From: Amoebidium appalachense
Lineage: Eukaryota > Protista > Ichthyosporea
DNA: 64,000 bases
Direction: 5' to 3'
Assembly (NCBI GenBank): GCA_963693365.1
Contig: CAVNZM010000005.1
Span: 2,284,342 to 2,348,341 of the forward strand
Shown here piece after piece: positions 40,715-53,900 of the stretch; the first letter of the stretch is position 1, and every line of letters begins with the position of its first letter. The translations under genes and the position numbers were made by a program. The notes below the pieces were generated by a model, which was not told the DNA's origin, did no database searches, and saw only the letters and a program-made list of their open reading frames with translations.

Positions 40715-41634
40715 GGGCACATGGTGGTAGACTGGATCTTGGTGGCGGTACTTAATGGTTATTATAGTAGTGGCAGGAGGGTGTGGGGGGAAGGGCAAAC
40801 GGACGTGCAGGGGACAAACTGCAGATGGGGCACAAAGGGGAAAGAAGGTGAAAGTTGGTGCAATGACTTGGAGGGTTTGCGCGCGCCGGGAGGCGGGGGG
40901 AGGGGGGGGGGGGGGGGGGAGGGGGGGGGGGGGCAAACGGCCGGAGATGGGTGTGTAGCGTTTTTGAGATGGGAAAAGCCATACAGACTTACGAAAATAC
41001 AGAGAGGTGAGATGAACACGAGGGACTAGAGGGAATGGGGGGGATGGTCCTGATGGGAGGGTGGTGGAGTTCTAACAGTACTTGGGGTTCAGGCAAATAC
41101 CTGAGTGCCGTGTATACTGAGTTCAGCGACCGCACGGCAAAGTACCAGAGCCTGGACACGCAGCTCAAGCCCGTAAACAACGTGCTCAAGGCCGACCACA
41201 CCTTCCAAATTGGGAAGCTCACCGGCATCAATGGGGAGCCTCTGTACCGAGGCCTATGGACTTGTGTAAACGAGCTTGGCGGTGTGTGGTCCCTCCTCTT
41301 CTCCCCCCTCCCCCCACTCTCCCCCCAGGCCCCCTCTCCCCCCCCTCCCCCCCCCCCACACACCCCCACCCCCCCCCCCCCCACACACACACACACACAC
41401 GCCCCCCCCTCCCCCCCCCCCCCCCCCCCCCCTCCCCCTCTAGGGCCTTTAAATCTCTTAGGCTCCACATTTAATGAGGTGGCACACTGTGAGTAGAGGT
41501 TTGTAGTATGTGGGTTTTGGGGACAATTCTTGCCCTGTCGAGCAAAAACTAGGAAGCTCCAGATATGTGTGTATGTGTTTTTGCTGGGTAGAGATTGGGG
41601 TGGGCTGGGGTGGAGCTTTCTTTTGGCGGGGAAT

Positions 41635-41704
<70 letters not shown>

Positions 41705-42061
41705 AGCTTCTGCCAAGCAGAATGGGAGTAGGGGCCAGTGATTGCAAGGGATGCAGGGGGGGGGGGGGGGGGGGGGGGGGGGAGAGACACCACCGTCGGG
41801 GTTGAAGGTAGAGAGGGCAAGAGGCCCGGGGTGGGGTGGGGGGGGGGGGGGGGGGACAGTAGGTGCCATATGGAGGGCTGTCCCATGGTTTGGGGGGAGG
41901 GGGAGTGGGGAAGGATCGTGGGCACATGGGTTTGGGGGGAAGGCAGAGAGGGGGAAAGGATTGTGATCACAAGGGTTTAGGGGGAGGAAGGGGGAAGGAT
42001 TGTAGGTACATGGGTTTAGGGGGGAGGGGGGGGGGGAAGATTTTGGGGGAAAGGGAGGCCT

Positions 42062-42250
42062 GGGGAAAGTATGTGGGCACATGGGTTTGGGGGGAAGGAG
42101 GGGGAAGGGTTTTGGGGGAGAGGGAGGGGAAAGTATGTGGGCACATGGGTTTGGGGGGAAGGAGGGGGAAGGGTTTTGGGGGAGAGGGAGGGGAAAGTAT
42201 GTGGGCACATGGGTTTGGGGGGAGGGAGGGGGAAAGGATTGTGTGGGCAC
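42062..42250. repeat. G-rich minisatellite, 64-bp unit, about 3 copies plus degenerate copies back to ~41880
   Basis: AAAGTATGTGGGCACATGGGTTTGGGGGG recurs at 42066, 42130 and 42194. Confidence 0.9.
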
Positions 42251-42659
42251 TGAAGTCTCGTGAAGGGCCATGTGGTAAGGGAAGCTAGAACATGCATGGC
42301 TGCTCGGAGATGCCCTCTCACACAGTGCGGCACCCCAGAGATCCGGGCGCAGGTATTTACACGGGACTGCAGCCACCAGGAGATTGAGCCCGTGATCCAG
42401 CGCATCTCTGCCACCACGGCGGCGCTCAACAGCAAGGGCCCGGCCTTCTTCTACACAGATCGGTGCTGCCAAGACCGGGCGTTTGTTGAGCGCATGTTTC
42501 CAACCCTAGCCCGGCCAAAATGCCCCGTCCGTCTGAACGAGGCTGCGCTGGTAAGCGTGACGGACGGTCTGCCTGGGCTGGAGCTGCCGGCCAACTACCC
42601 TAAGCCGGTGTACACCGACTGCCAGGGGGCGGTGGTGGCTACAGCGGCCATTCGTGCCG

Positions 42660-43150
42660 ACCTGGAGGGGCAGCAGCACCGCGTGGTGGGGCTGGACTGC
42701 GAGTGGGTCTATCGGGTGGGCCAGGCGCGGTCCAAGGTTTGCACGCTGCAGATTGCCACCGCACGGGCCGTGTACATCTTCCACTTGGCACGCATGGGCC
42801 CCAACCACAGCCCGCCCGCGCGGCTGGTGGACGAGCTGATTGCGCTGCTTAGGGACCCCAGCATCATCAAGGTGGGCAAGCAGATCGGCACGGACTCGGC
42901 CCACCTCAACAAGGACTACGGCACCCCTGTGGCCAGCTATCTGGAGCTGGGCCGGTTCTGCTATGCCCGTGCAGCTATCACCTCTGCGGCCCGGGGCTTG
43001 GCCGACATCACTGCCCAGGTCATAGGCAAGAAGCTGCCCAAGCCGGCACTTGTTCGATGCTCCAACTGGCACGAGCCGCTATCAGAGGTGCAGGCCACCT
43101 ACGCTGCCCTTGATGCATATGCGTCCCTGCAGGTCTACTCGGCCGTGGTC
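42660..43150 (+). other. DnaQ/WRN-like DEDDy 3'-5' exonuclease domain within the transposase
   Basis: ExoI VVGLDCEW, LQIA, LRDPSIIKVG, ExoII GTDSAHL, VRCSNW..PLS..Q, ExoIII YAALDA. Confidence 0.9.
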
Positions 43151-43381
43151 GATAGGCCAAACCTGTCAGGTGTGTATCCCACCTGCTTTTTGCCCCAGTG
43201 CTTATGTGCTTATGCCAGATATAGAAAGATTGTGGGCCCCCCAGAGGAGAGGGGGAGGGGGGGAGGGGGAGGGGGGGGGGGGGGGGTGGCTGACCACATG
43301 GGCCAGTGTTCCAGTTGTGTTATGCTGGGTGTCGGGTGGCTATCAAAGGAGGGGGTGATTGGTGGTGGTGGTGGTGGTGGT

Positions 43382-43412
<31 letters not shown>

Positions 43413-45043
43413 CTATAGCACTGTTAACACGTGCAAGTGCCACACAAGCTGGGCACTGGGAGAGGGGGGGGGGGGAGGGAGAAGGGGGGGGGGGGGGGGA
43501 AGGGGGTTGCTAAGGAATATGCATTTGATTTTTGTGGAGCGAAGAGAAAAACGTTGGTGCTGTGGCTTTTTGGCTGAGTTTTTTGCTTCCCTCTATGACA
43601 TGCAGCGCGGCTTCATGCAAAGGCACTCGGTGAAGGGGTTGAGATTGTGCCCCGGCGGGGCCCACATGCTGCAGCAGCCACCGGGGTGGTGCTGGCTGTG
43701 CAGCCGGAGCGCTGGGGGGGCATGAAGGTGGGCAAGAAGCATGCAGTGGTGCGGGTGGATCAGGTGCTGTCGCCGGCCATGCAGGTGCCCTTTGGCCCCG
43801 ACAAGGGCAAGACCCTGGGAGAGCTGGGCCCGCCGCCCCTTTGAGCTGATGGTGCACCTGCAGTGGCTACGGCCCATTCAGCCCCCACCGGACCCAGGTG
43901 CCGAGGTGCCGGTGGTCCCTGACCCAGCCCCTCCCCCTGCCAGTCCTCCCCCTGCCGAGCAGCAGCAACCCCTTGCCGGCCCACAGGCACCCCCCCAGGA
44001 CCCCCAGGCAGCCCCGGGGGGCCTTGAGGCAGCCCCAGGGGGACCCGAGGCAGCTCCCAGAGAGGGCATGTTGGGCCAGGCACCGCCTGGGGAGGTGGTG
44101 TGGCAGACTGTGCTGAATGACGCCTTCCACTCCATTGCAAACACGGCGGACGGCACGTACAAGTCACACCCCCGCAGGGCTGAGTACGCACGCTCACTCA
44201 GCGAGGCAATATTTGTGTGGAATGAAGAGGATTACGGACATGTGAAGGTGCCCCCCCCCTCCCCCCCCCCCCCCAAAATAAAAAATAAAAAATAAAAATA
44301 AAAAAAACGGCAACAACAACATGCGTGACTGACGCGCACACACACATACACTCGTTAGCACACACTCACCATTCCACCCACAACCATGCACACCTTCGAC
44401 AAAACTTCTGAGGGAAGAGAGAGAGCCTGAGCCTCAGAGAGAGGGGGGGGGGGAAGGGGGGGGGGGGGGGGGGGGGGGGGGAGGGGGGGGGGGGGGGAGG
44501 GGGGGAGGAGAGTGGGGGTTATTCATATGCCTAGAGAGAAATAATGTAGGGTTGTGGGGGGAAATAGCCACATGCATTTTTTACTTGTGTTGGGGGAGAA
44601 GATGGGGGGGGTGGAGGGGAGGGGTCCTACAATAACGGCAGGTATCAAAGTCTACCAAACCCAAATTGCAGTGTGCGTAGTAAATTAATATTGGCATCCT
44701 GCCTCACAGGGGGTGCTGGAGCAGAAGGGCATCGACATTGAAACCGAGCTCAAGGGCGGCGACCTGAGCTACTTCATGGAGCGCATCCGGCGGGTTATTC
44801 CCGACCCATACACGCTGGTCTCGCGGCTGGTGGAGTTCAAAAACACCTACAAGGATGTGCCGCCCGGACCGGATGGCAAGCCTCTGTTCAAGAAGGATGG
44901 CTTTGAAAGACTCGAGGCAACAACCCCCCCCCCCCCCCCCCCCCCTCCCCCCTGCAGGCGCCCAACAACTCCACCACCACAGAAAAGATTCTTCGCTTAT
45001 TTGTCATCCTTGGTTCATCTGCACACACACGCACACCCTAGCC

Positions 45044-45081
<38 letters not shown>

Positions 45082-45085
45082 ACAT

Positions 45086-45151
<66 letters not shown>

Positions 45152-45223
45152 CCCGCACGGCCCTTGCTGCCTAGCCAGTTGTTTTTTGCCTTTCCCTGCT
45201 CGTTTTTTTCCTTAGCAACCCCA

Positions 45224-45295
<72 letters not shown>

Positions 45296-47377
45296 CCACC
45301 ACCACCACCCACCCATCTCTCTGATGTTTGCTTGTGCCCCCACAGTCGCTGCTCGAACACGCCCAAAATGGCTGTCTGTCGGACCCCCCCGGCCTGCCCC
45401 TCTACTACGAGACCACTGCCGACGCAGATGGGCTCATGCGCTACCGCTGCATCCGGGGCACCAACGAGGTGGAGGGGGCAGTGCACAACCCCCTGGCCAC
45501 CCACTTTGGGGCCACACGCATGTCGCTGCGCCTGCTGGACGCCACCATGTCCAATAGGCGCCACCGCCACAACCTGCGTGCACACTACCGCAACCGCCTG
45601 GGTCAGGCATCGGGGCCCCCCCACTACAGCCCCTGGATTGTTGACGACATGGAGGCACTGGCGCTGATGCTGTACGGCCATCACCTCGACCCCCAGTGGG
45701 TACCCGTAGGCTGCTACAAGCTACCGGAGGAGTACTTCAACTTTGCCCCGCTCTCCTGTGTGGCCAATGCCCCGGCGCAGGAGCCAGTTGCGGTGCCCGC
45801 ACCCCCACCTCCGTCTGATAACATCGAGCCTGCAGCCAATGGCGTGATGGGCGGGCCAGAGGACTGTGAGGTCGAGGAGGGTGACGGTGCTGCCATGGGG
45901 GGGGGCAACCAGGTGGCGCGTGGTGCACCACAGCCGGACCCTGCACTGAGGGGCGACTACAAGTTCCTGGCGCAGAAGCAACATGTGGCCATCCCCTTCC
46001 TTCCGGTGCTTACCCCTCAGGAGCGCAAGCTATTCAGCACGCTGCTCCTGGGCACCTACAAGGCACATGCAAAGCCCAACGGCCAGCTGTTCGAGGCTTT
46101 GGCCCAAGACTTCAACAAGGCTGCCTCTGTGGCTGGGGGAATCTACATGAAGGATGCGGCCTACATCAAGAAGCATTTCGACAAGTGGAAGACCTGGCAG
46201 ACGGCACATGCACAGCGCTCCACACACGAGGGCCTGGCAGATCACCGCAAGCGTATGCGCGAGGAGAGGGCAGACGCTGTGCCAGCAACCATACGGCCTG
46301 CCCCCTTGCCACCCCTCCCTGTTCCAGACGGTGTCGATGCAGGGGCGCAGCGTGAGCGGCCCTTGCCCATGCTAGTGGGCAAAAAGCATCGCAACATTGG
46401 CCCTGAGGGGCCCCTGCAGATGGATTTGCCGGTGCCCCCTCCTATGCAGCCACCCCAGAGAGCCCCCAAGACCTGCAAGACGTGTGGCCGCCAGGGCAAG
46501 GGCTGCCCCGGCTCCAATCGGGCCAAGAGCTGCCCACGTTGGGTTGCAGCCAATCAGGATGCCATGCCACCAGCACCCGCGCTTGACATGCAGCAGGGCC
46601 ATGTGCCGCACATGCCCCCTGCACCCCATCCAGGCCCGCACCACCCACATGGCTGGCCCCCACCGTGGGGCATCATGCCGCCTCAGCCCGGCCCTGCCTT
46701 CCCCATGCCTGGGCTACTGCCGCAGCACGGTCCCCATCCTTACTTGGGCCATGTGGGCCAGCCCTCGGCTGGTGGGCAGTTCCCACCCCCTTCTCGTGCA
46801 TCTGCTGTGCTGGGCCTGGCGTTGCCACCTGCTGGAGAGACGCAGCTGCAATGGCACGATCGAAAGCAAAGTAATCGTGGCCGCAAGTCTGCAGGCAGCC
46901 AATCAGGATCTCAGAGTAGTCAGAGTAGCCAAACTAGTGTCTAATATTGGAATGTACACCAATGTAACGGATCTCATATGTGTTGTAGTGCTTCAAGTTA
47001 TACCTGTTCTTCGTACAGTCATGTTAGGGGGGAGGGGGGGGGGGGGGGGGGGGCTAGCTTTCATTCCGAAGTTTACTGTAAAGAATTAAAATTTAGAATC
47101 TGAGTAATAGTACAGAGCCTTTGCACTTTTCTCTGTTTGTTAGGAATTCTTTGTGATCGAGAGTATGGTGTGTTAGACTATTGGTGTTAATGTGTCCTGG
47201 AAGGTGTATAATGTCTGCTGGCCGTAGTCAGTATCTATTTTTAGGTATATAGTATATTTTTAAATGTTGGCCGCTGGCCAATAAATAGCAAATAATAAAC
47301 ACACGATAAAGTCAACAGCGTGCCAAAAAACTAATCCCCAGCGAGCGCACCCAGTGATGTGTGTGTGTGTGTGTGTG

Positions 47378-47444
<67 letters not shown>

Positions 47445-48757
47445 CGTGCGTGCGTGTGTGTGTGTGTGTGCGTGCGTGCGTGCGTGTGTGCGTGTGTGCG
47501 TGTGTGCGTGTGTGCGTGTGTGTGTGTGAGTGTGTGTGTGTGTGTGTGTATGTGTGGTGTGGTGTGTGCGCGGCTTGTACATATGTACGTGTTCATGTGC
47601 ACCTGTGTCGGACCTACGAAGTACATGAAAGTAAATTTTGACAGCATCGATCTGCCGGTGTGTATGTGTATGTGTGCCAGTGCAGCAGGTGTGCCTTGTA
47701 ACTGATAGCTTCGCATTTTACGTGTGTGTATATATAGTAGTACGCATAGACACTTGCTGATCATTCGGATCGACATTAATATTTAATCTGTCGGTCCTCG
47801 GTTTTTTGAGTGAATGATGATCAAGTGTAAGAGCATTCACTTGGCAAGTATTAATGTTGCAGAGGCTAGCTGCAGCTGCAAGCGTCGGATGCACACTGAC
47901 AATTGTCTTTTCAGCGAGTCTAACCTGCAGGCAGCAGCTGCACACATATAGGGTTGTTATCTTGCGGCACATGCACGGTGATCATTTCAGAGTAATAGAG
48001 TTCAGAGCAATGAAAATAATGAAAATAACTAAACTTTGTGACTACTTTAAAGTTGCTGAGATCATACGTGGTGCAAGCTGCACTATGAACACATGTATAG
48101 TGCTAGTAATTAATACATTTTTGTTGCCTTCTGCAGGGTTATCGTAGCTACGTCACGGCCTGCACTCAGGGGGGGGGGAGGGGGGAGAGGGGGGATGATT
48201 CGAAGGGGGTATAAATAAGAACATGCACCTAAAGGTCTTTCCCGTGGATCCTCCCCCCCCTCCCCCCCCCCCCACCTCTCCCCCTCCCCCGGGGCCCCAT
48301 ACTATGATATCTAGGCCCAATATTATATGCCCCCTCTCCCCCCCCCCCCCCCCCTCCTCTCCGGATCCCCGGACCCCACTTCCCTACCCGGAGGCTCAAG
48401 AGCTCCCCCTCCCCCCCTTCCCCCCCCCCCCCCCCCCCAAGGCTTACGGGGGCCCTTCTTCATCGAGGGGGAGGGGGTGGGGGTGGGGGGGGGTGGGGGG
48501 AGGGGGTGGGGGGAGGGAAGTGGAAGGCGGGGGTGGATGCATGTCAGCCTAGGTGAATTCAATTGTTTAACTCCAGTGTGCAGGACTGGTCTGAAGGCTT
48601 AAGAAAACAACGAGGAAATGGGGTCCAGTGGAGGTGGTGGTGGTGTTCTGTGTGTGTGTGTACACGTGCACGTATGTGTGTGGTTTTTTTAAGGGGTGAG
48701 TGGTGGTGGTGGTGGTGGTGGTGGTCACCGTGGTGGTGGTGTGTGTGTCTGGTGTGT

Positions 48758-48804
<47 letters not shown>

Positions 48805-50907
48805 TAGAAAGAAAAACTGCTCGTGGGTCACTGTTTTTCGTCACTGTATTTGTAACGGGCCGCTCATATTTATATAACTACTTTAATTTAAGTACACGTG
48901 TTCATTATCATATACGATGGCCAAATATAGAAATTTTGGCGTCGAAGTTCTTGGAGCTAAAAAAACGTTTAAAAGGGGGAAATAATAGCTTGGCCCCAAA
49001 TTTACCTTGCCGTTTTTAGCGAATGTATTTTTTATTCATGAGTTCTAGTGATTCAGTGAGTGCACGTGCCTGCCTCAGGCTGATCATGACAACTGCAACA
49101 CACCATTCCTACATGGATATCAACCAAAAGAAAATAGTATATACTGTGGTGGTCTCCTAAACCTTGTGCGGCATGCGCATACATGATATTACAGTGACGC
49201 ATGTGCATATTATTGTTCTGTACACCGGAGTGTGCCGGTGCACGTGGCTGTTTTGTGCACATGTTACAATAGCAGCACGATCTCCCTAAACTCCATGTTT
49301 ACACATCCCTCACCCTGGCTCTGCCTTGTCGGTGCTCCAAAACACACATACAAATCCCCCTAGACTCAGTGCCTGCACATGGTCGCATTCACGTGCAGGT
49401 CACGTGACACATGCGATGCCATACTGCCGTCTACAGCAACAACCACGGCAGCATGTATACCGGCCCAGCACGAAATATACTTATCGGCAGCCCACTGAAC
49501 TCGCCCATTTTCTCTTTTTCATGTATGTCCCTCCTTTTTTGTAAAATCACCCTTTTTGGCCTCCCGGTAGTGGATTTTGCAGGATTTGACTTCTTTGAGG
49601 TCCAAAAACCTCAAATTTTCCCCGGCGGGGCCGGGGAGGGAGAATTCAAAAATTGCCCGCTCCTGATATGGTACCCGGGCCTCTATGGAGAACAATGATT
49701 GGAGCGTACCACCTTACAACGGTCCGCGGATAGGCCGTGACGGCCCTGTTTCAGAATCTGCTGCCACAGTGCTGTGCCAGTGCATACAAGCAGTCGTCCA
49801 ACATTATCCAAGCACCAATTTGTTTTATTAGTTGACAAACAGAAAGGAAAATATATGGTGCATGCCACGGGGGATTTATGCAAAGCCTTTGCTTCCCCGG
49901 CGCCATGGTGCGCAGTGTGGCACGTGTATCTATAGGGTAAATTACACAACTAGATCGTGATGACTAATTGCTAGGGGGAAAATTCATCAATTTCTTTTTT
50001 TTAATTTTCTATGCACACATTCTTGTTTTCAAAATTCACCCCTGGCTGTAGTCTGCAGACTATATTTCCAAGTATAAAGGCTTTTCAACAAGTATAGAGA
50101 TTAATATCCAATAACATTTATTGATTTTTACTCTCTTTGTAGATCTTACAACCATTCCATACCCATCTTTAAATATAAATTTGTTTGGACCATAAAGTTC
50201 TTTATTAAATCTTATTTTGCTCGCACTACAATTTCCGGTTGTGTCCGTTGTGCAAGGGGGAAACTGGTGATAGCCTAGCCTGAAATTCCCCGAATCACCG
50301 TATCATTCAAGCTTGACGAGCATCAAAGCGTTCAAGCGTGTAAAAAAAACTATACAATAAGACATAATAATGAATAGTAGTGGATCGTCTTGATAAAATA
50401 AACAAAAATATACCCAAGACACAACTGCGAGCTGGATAATCTATATGACCCAACAATTTACCCTACTCTTGCCTTTATTGCTGATTGGCTGCCCAGCGAT
50501 CAACAAATACTTTTAAGTCGTAAGTTCGTAACTCATGAACTTGCAAGAAGAGCGCCCCACGCAACTTGACAGACACTGACAGTCTTGACAAGCATTGCCA
50601 AGACTCTCGAAGTGAACTTGTCGACGTTGGACAGGCAAAGTGTAGGGCAGTTAGTAAACCAGACCGTGTTAGTTGCATCGCTAGAGCTGAGAGCTCGTGT
50701 TCTTTAATAAGTTTTGTTTTTTTTACACTTTGCCTGCAGCGCAGTTTCTTGTTAGCACACTTTCTTATCTGACGTAGACGTAGAGTTGTTGTGCTGCTCT
50801 ACACCAAACGTTCTTTTCAGTTGGCATTTGACTTGGTTTCCGTTGGTGGGCTTTAAGGCCGGTGATACATTGAACCATTTCCCTGTATGTACTTAGCCAC
50901 GTGAAGA

Positions 50908-53900
50908 ATGGCTGGCGACGCCAGCGTGTTTGATGGGGCAAGCCCCATAGCGGGCTGGTTTGAGCTGCTACTAGTGCAGATTATGATCATCGTTATATTT
51001 ACCCGCCTTTTGGGTGTGGGTTTACGTTACGTCCACCAGCCACGAGTAATGGCTGAGGTGATAGGAGGGATTCTCCTGGGTCCATCGGTTCTTGGTCGTA
51101 TTCCAGGCTACATGGACACGATTTTTCCGGCCTCTAGCATGGCCGTTCTTTCAGCCCTTGCTAATTTGGGCCTCGTCATGTTTCTTTTCATCGTCGGTCT
51201 GGAGCTCGAGGTTGCCCTGTTGAAAGAAAACGCCGTTAACTCGATTGCCATATCCTCGGTAGGCATACTCGTTCCCTTCGCCGCTGGGGTGGGTGTCGCA
51301 GCCGTGTTGTGGAATACCTCTGCCGAAGGGATTACTGTTTCCTTTGGTGCCTTTGCAGCTTTTTGTGCTGTTGCTATGAGCATTACCGCTTTTCCTGTTC
51401 TAGCGCGCATCATCGCCGAGCGAAAACTTATGACTACGCCTGTTGGTGTGTCTGCTTTGACGGCGGCGGCAGTAGGGGATGTTGTTGCGTGGTGCTTCCT
51501 TGCCCTCGTTGTGGCAATCACCCGGTCCACGGGGTCCGCTGTTACGGTTGTTTACGTTTTTCTGTGCACGGCAGCATTTTTCAGCGCTCATGTTACTTGG
51601 CGTCAGGCCAATTTTGGAACGGGGAATCAAAACGAGACGTTTTGGCAAGAGCGCTGTGAGTCAAACAACAGTGGTTGCGGCCTTCATGTTGGCGCTGTTC
51701 AGCGCGTGGGTGACCCAGTTTCTGGGTGTCCACGCCATTTTTCGGCGCCTTTATTGCTGGGCTGGCCATGCCTCGTCACGAGGGGTTTGCGGTGTCCCTG
51801 ATTGAAAAGATTGAAGACTTCGTTTCCATCATTCTGTTGCCTCTCTACTTTGCATATTCCGGGTTGCGCACGCAAATCGGTGCGCTCAGCACGGGGGCAG
51901 ATTGGGGGCTCTGCCTTTTCGTCATTTTTATGGCCGTTGTAAGCAAAATCGGTAGCACCACTACGGCGGCGCGTTTCTTGAAGATGCCCTGGCGTGAATC
52001 CTTTGCGGTGGGGATTATGATGAATACTAAGGGGCTGGTCGAACTCATCGTACTAAACATAGGGTTGGACGCTGGGGCACTAAATCAGACCATTTTCGTT
52101 ATGATGGTGCTGATGGCCCTCGTGACCACCTTTATGACTACGCCACTCCTTGCTGCTGTCTATTCGACCAAGCACCACCAGGAGCGCATGTTGAAGGACA
52201 TTCGCAAGTCGCTTGATCTCACGAAACCGAAGACGCTAGCGGATTTGGAGGTGATTTACAAGTACAGACTCCATCCCGTCGTGTGGCTGCAGACCCGGCA
52301 GGATTTGGGCGACCTCATTGCCCTGTATGGCCTGTTTGGCGACGTCACCTTTCCAGACACGGATAGCAACGAGAATTTTCAGCGGCCACGTGCGCTTGCC
52401 ACCCAGCAGGAGGAGGCAGAGGACTTTGGGGAGATACCCCCCCTGTCTGTGTGCGCCATACGTCTGCTCCACCTCTCGGAGCGCAACAGCAGTGTGCTCA
52501 AGGCCACGGTGATGAGCCAAACGGGGCCCCAGGATGGGCTTCTCGACGCCTTCCGCAGTAGCATAGCCCAGTATGGTATTGTGCCCTCTGTGTATGCCAC
52601 GGTCACCACTAACGAGGAGATAGTGGGCGACATCACGAACGTCGCCCAGGTGCAGCGTGCGGGGGTGGTCATCCTTCCCTGGCAGGAGCCCGACGAATAC
52701 CACCCACACATACCCAACCACCACCAGCGCGACTTCTTTGGTAATGGGCCATCACGCCACGACGCCATTATGGATCTTCTGGACGTGTGCGAGACCCAGG
52801 TTGCGCTTTTGGCAGTCAGGCCGAGACCGGAGGTTCCCCGGGCGAATTCCATCAGCCACCAACTGCAGGCCATGTTCGAACGGGACGGCGACGTCGAGAC
52901 ACCCAAAGCGGAAATGTCGTCTTCCGTGGGTGTAAACAACCTGGAAATGGCGCCTGTCGGCACCGCAAACATACATACACAGTATGGCCGCGGCGGGTTC
53001 CTTTCCATTGACAGCCAGGCCCAAGTGCGCGTGGTGGTTCCGTTTTTCGGTGGGAACGATGACCGATCTGCTGGCCTTTTGGCGCTACGCCTTGCGCGCA
53101 AATCACGTAGGATCATGGTGCATTTTATCATTGTGCGCACCCCAGGCCAAACACAGGCAGCGGAAGGAACAATCGGAGAAGGAAAAGGAGAGGCCGGGAA
53201 GGGGGAAACGAACGAGACTGCAACAAACGCCGAGTCCATGAACGGTGTCGGTAAAGCGGCGGATGGGAAGGAGGAAGTCTCACGTGCGCCTGGGGCGGGT
53301 GCGGACGGGGAGGGAGCATTAGACGTAGAGGGAGACGTCTCGGACGATGATGAGGCGATGGTTGCGTTTGTACGATCGCTGGCGGTGGCACCGCACTCGC
53401 AGGTGGTGATCTCTGTGGTGCACGGGGCAACACCCACAGACGGCATCATGGAGCAGCTGAGGAGGCACCATGCCAATGTGGATGCTGCAAAGGAGCAAGC
53501 GGACCAGCAGACGACAGCTCCAGGTAGGTGTGGTTGGCACACACAGGCGCGCATGCACACACACACTGACATTCACTCTCACTCACTCAATCACACTCAC
53601 ACTCACACTCACACAGAAGTGTCTCTCTCTCTCCCCCCCCTCCCTCTCTCCCCTCCCCTCCTCCCCCCCCCCCCTCCACCTCCCCTCTCCTCTCTGCCCC
53701 CCCCCCCCCCTACCCTTCTTTCTCTCTCTCTCTCTCTCTCCCCCCCCCCCCCCCTTTGCCTCCCATCCTTCCCTTTCTCTCTCCTCTCTCTCTCTCCACC
53801 CCCCCCCCCCATTTGCCTCTTTCTCTCCCCCTTCCCCTCCACCCCTCTTATACACACACATCTGGCCTCTCTCACGCACCCACACGCACGCACTCCCCCC

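Larger units (their letters stand above)
39007..46944 (+). mobile_element. Spliced DDE transposase-like gene (DUF6729-like N-terminus; Mutator/IS256/ISL3-like D..D..DxxH..E signature) with an inserted 3'-5' exonuclease
   Basis: Exons 39007-40156, 41093-41281, 42339-43169, 43606-44247 (one +1 frameshift at 43836-43839), 44710-44916 and 45346-46944. Motifs: GGAREGAGRKKK, CP...RRVIDFDSCYYI..RYFCDTC, FPAYLSHRSGLD, LKADHTF, VNELGEIRAQ, FYTDRCCQDR, NDAFH, RIRRVIP, GCLSDPPG, YRCIRGTNEVEG..H, C-terminal CKTC...CPG.NR..C. Family assignment is from recalled motifs; no termini found. Confidence 0.8.

Noticed and set aside
47795-47835. U2 snRNA-like CTCGG...GATCAAGTGTA
   Set aside because: The branch-pairing GTAGTA and downstream U2 stems and Sm site are absent; probably a chance match.
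50908-53523. Antiporter as a pseudogene
   Set aside because: The only lesions are +1 bases in T5 runs, the same pattern as elsewhere in the window; all motifs are intact, which favours sequencing error.
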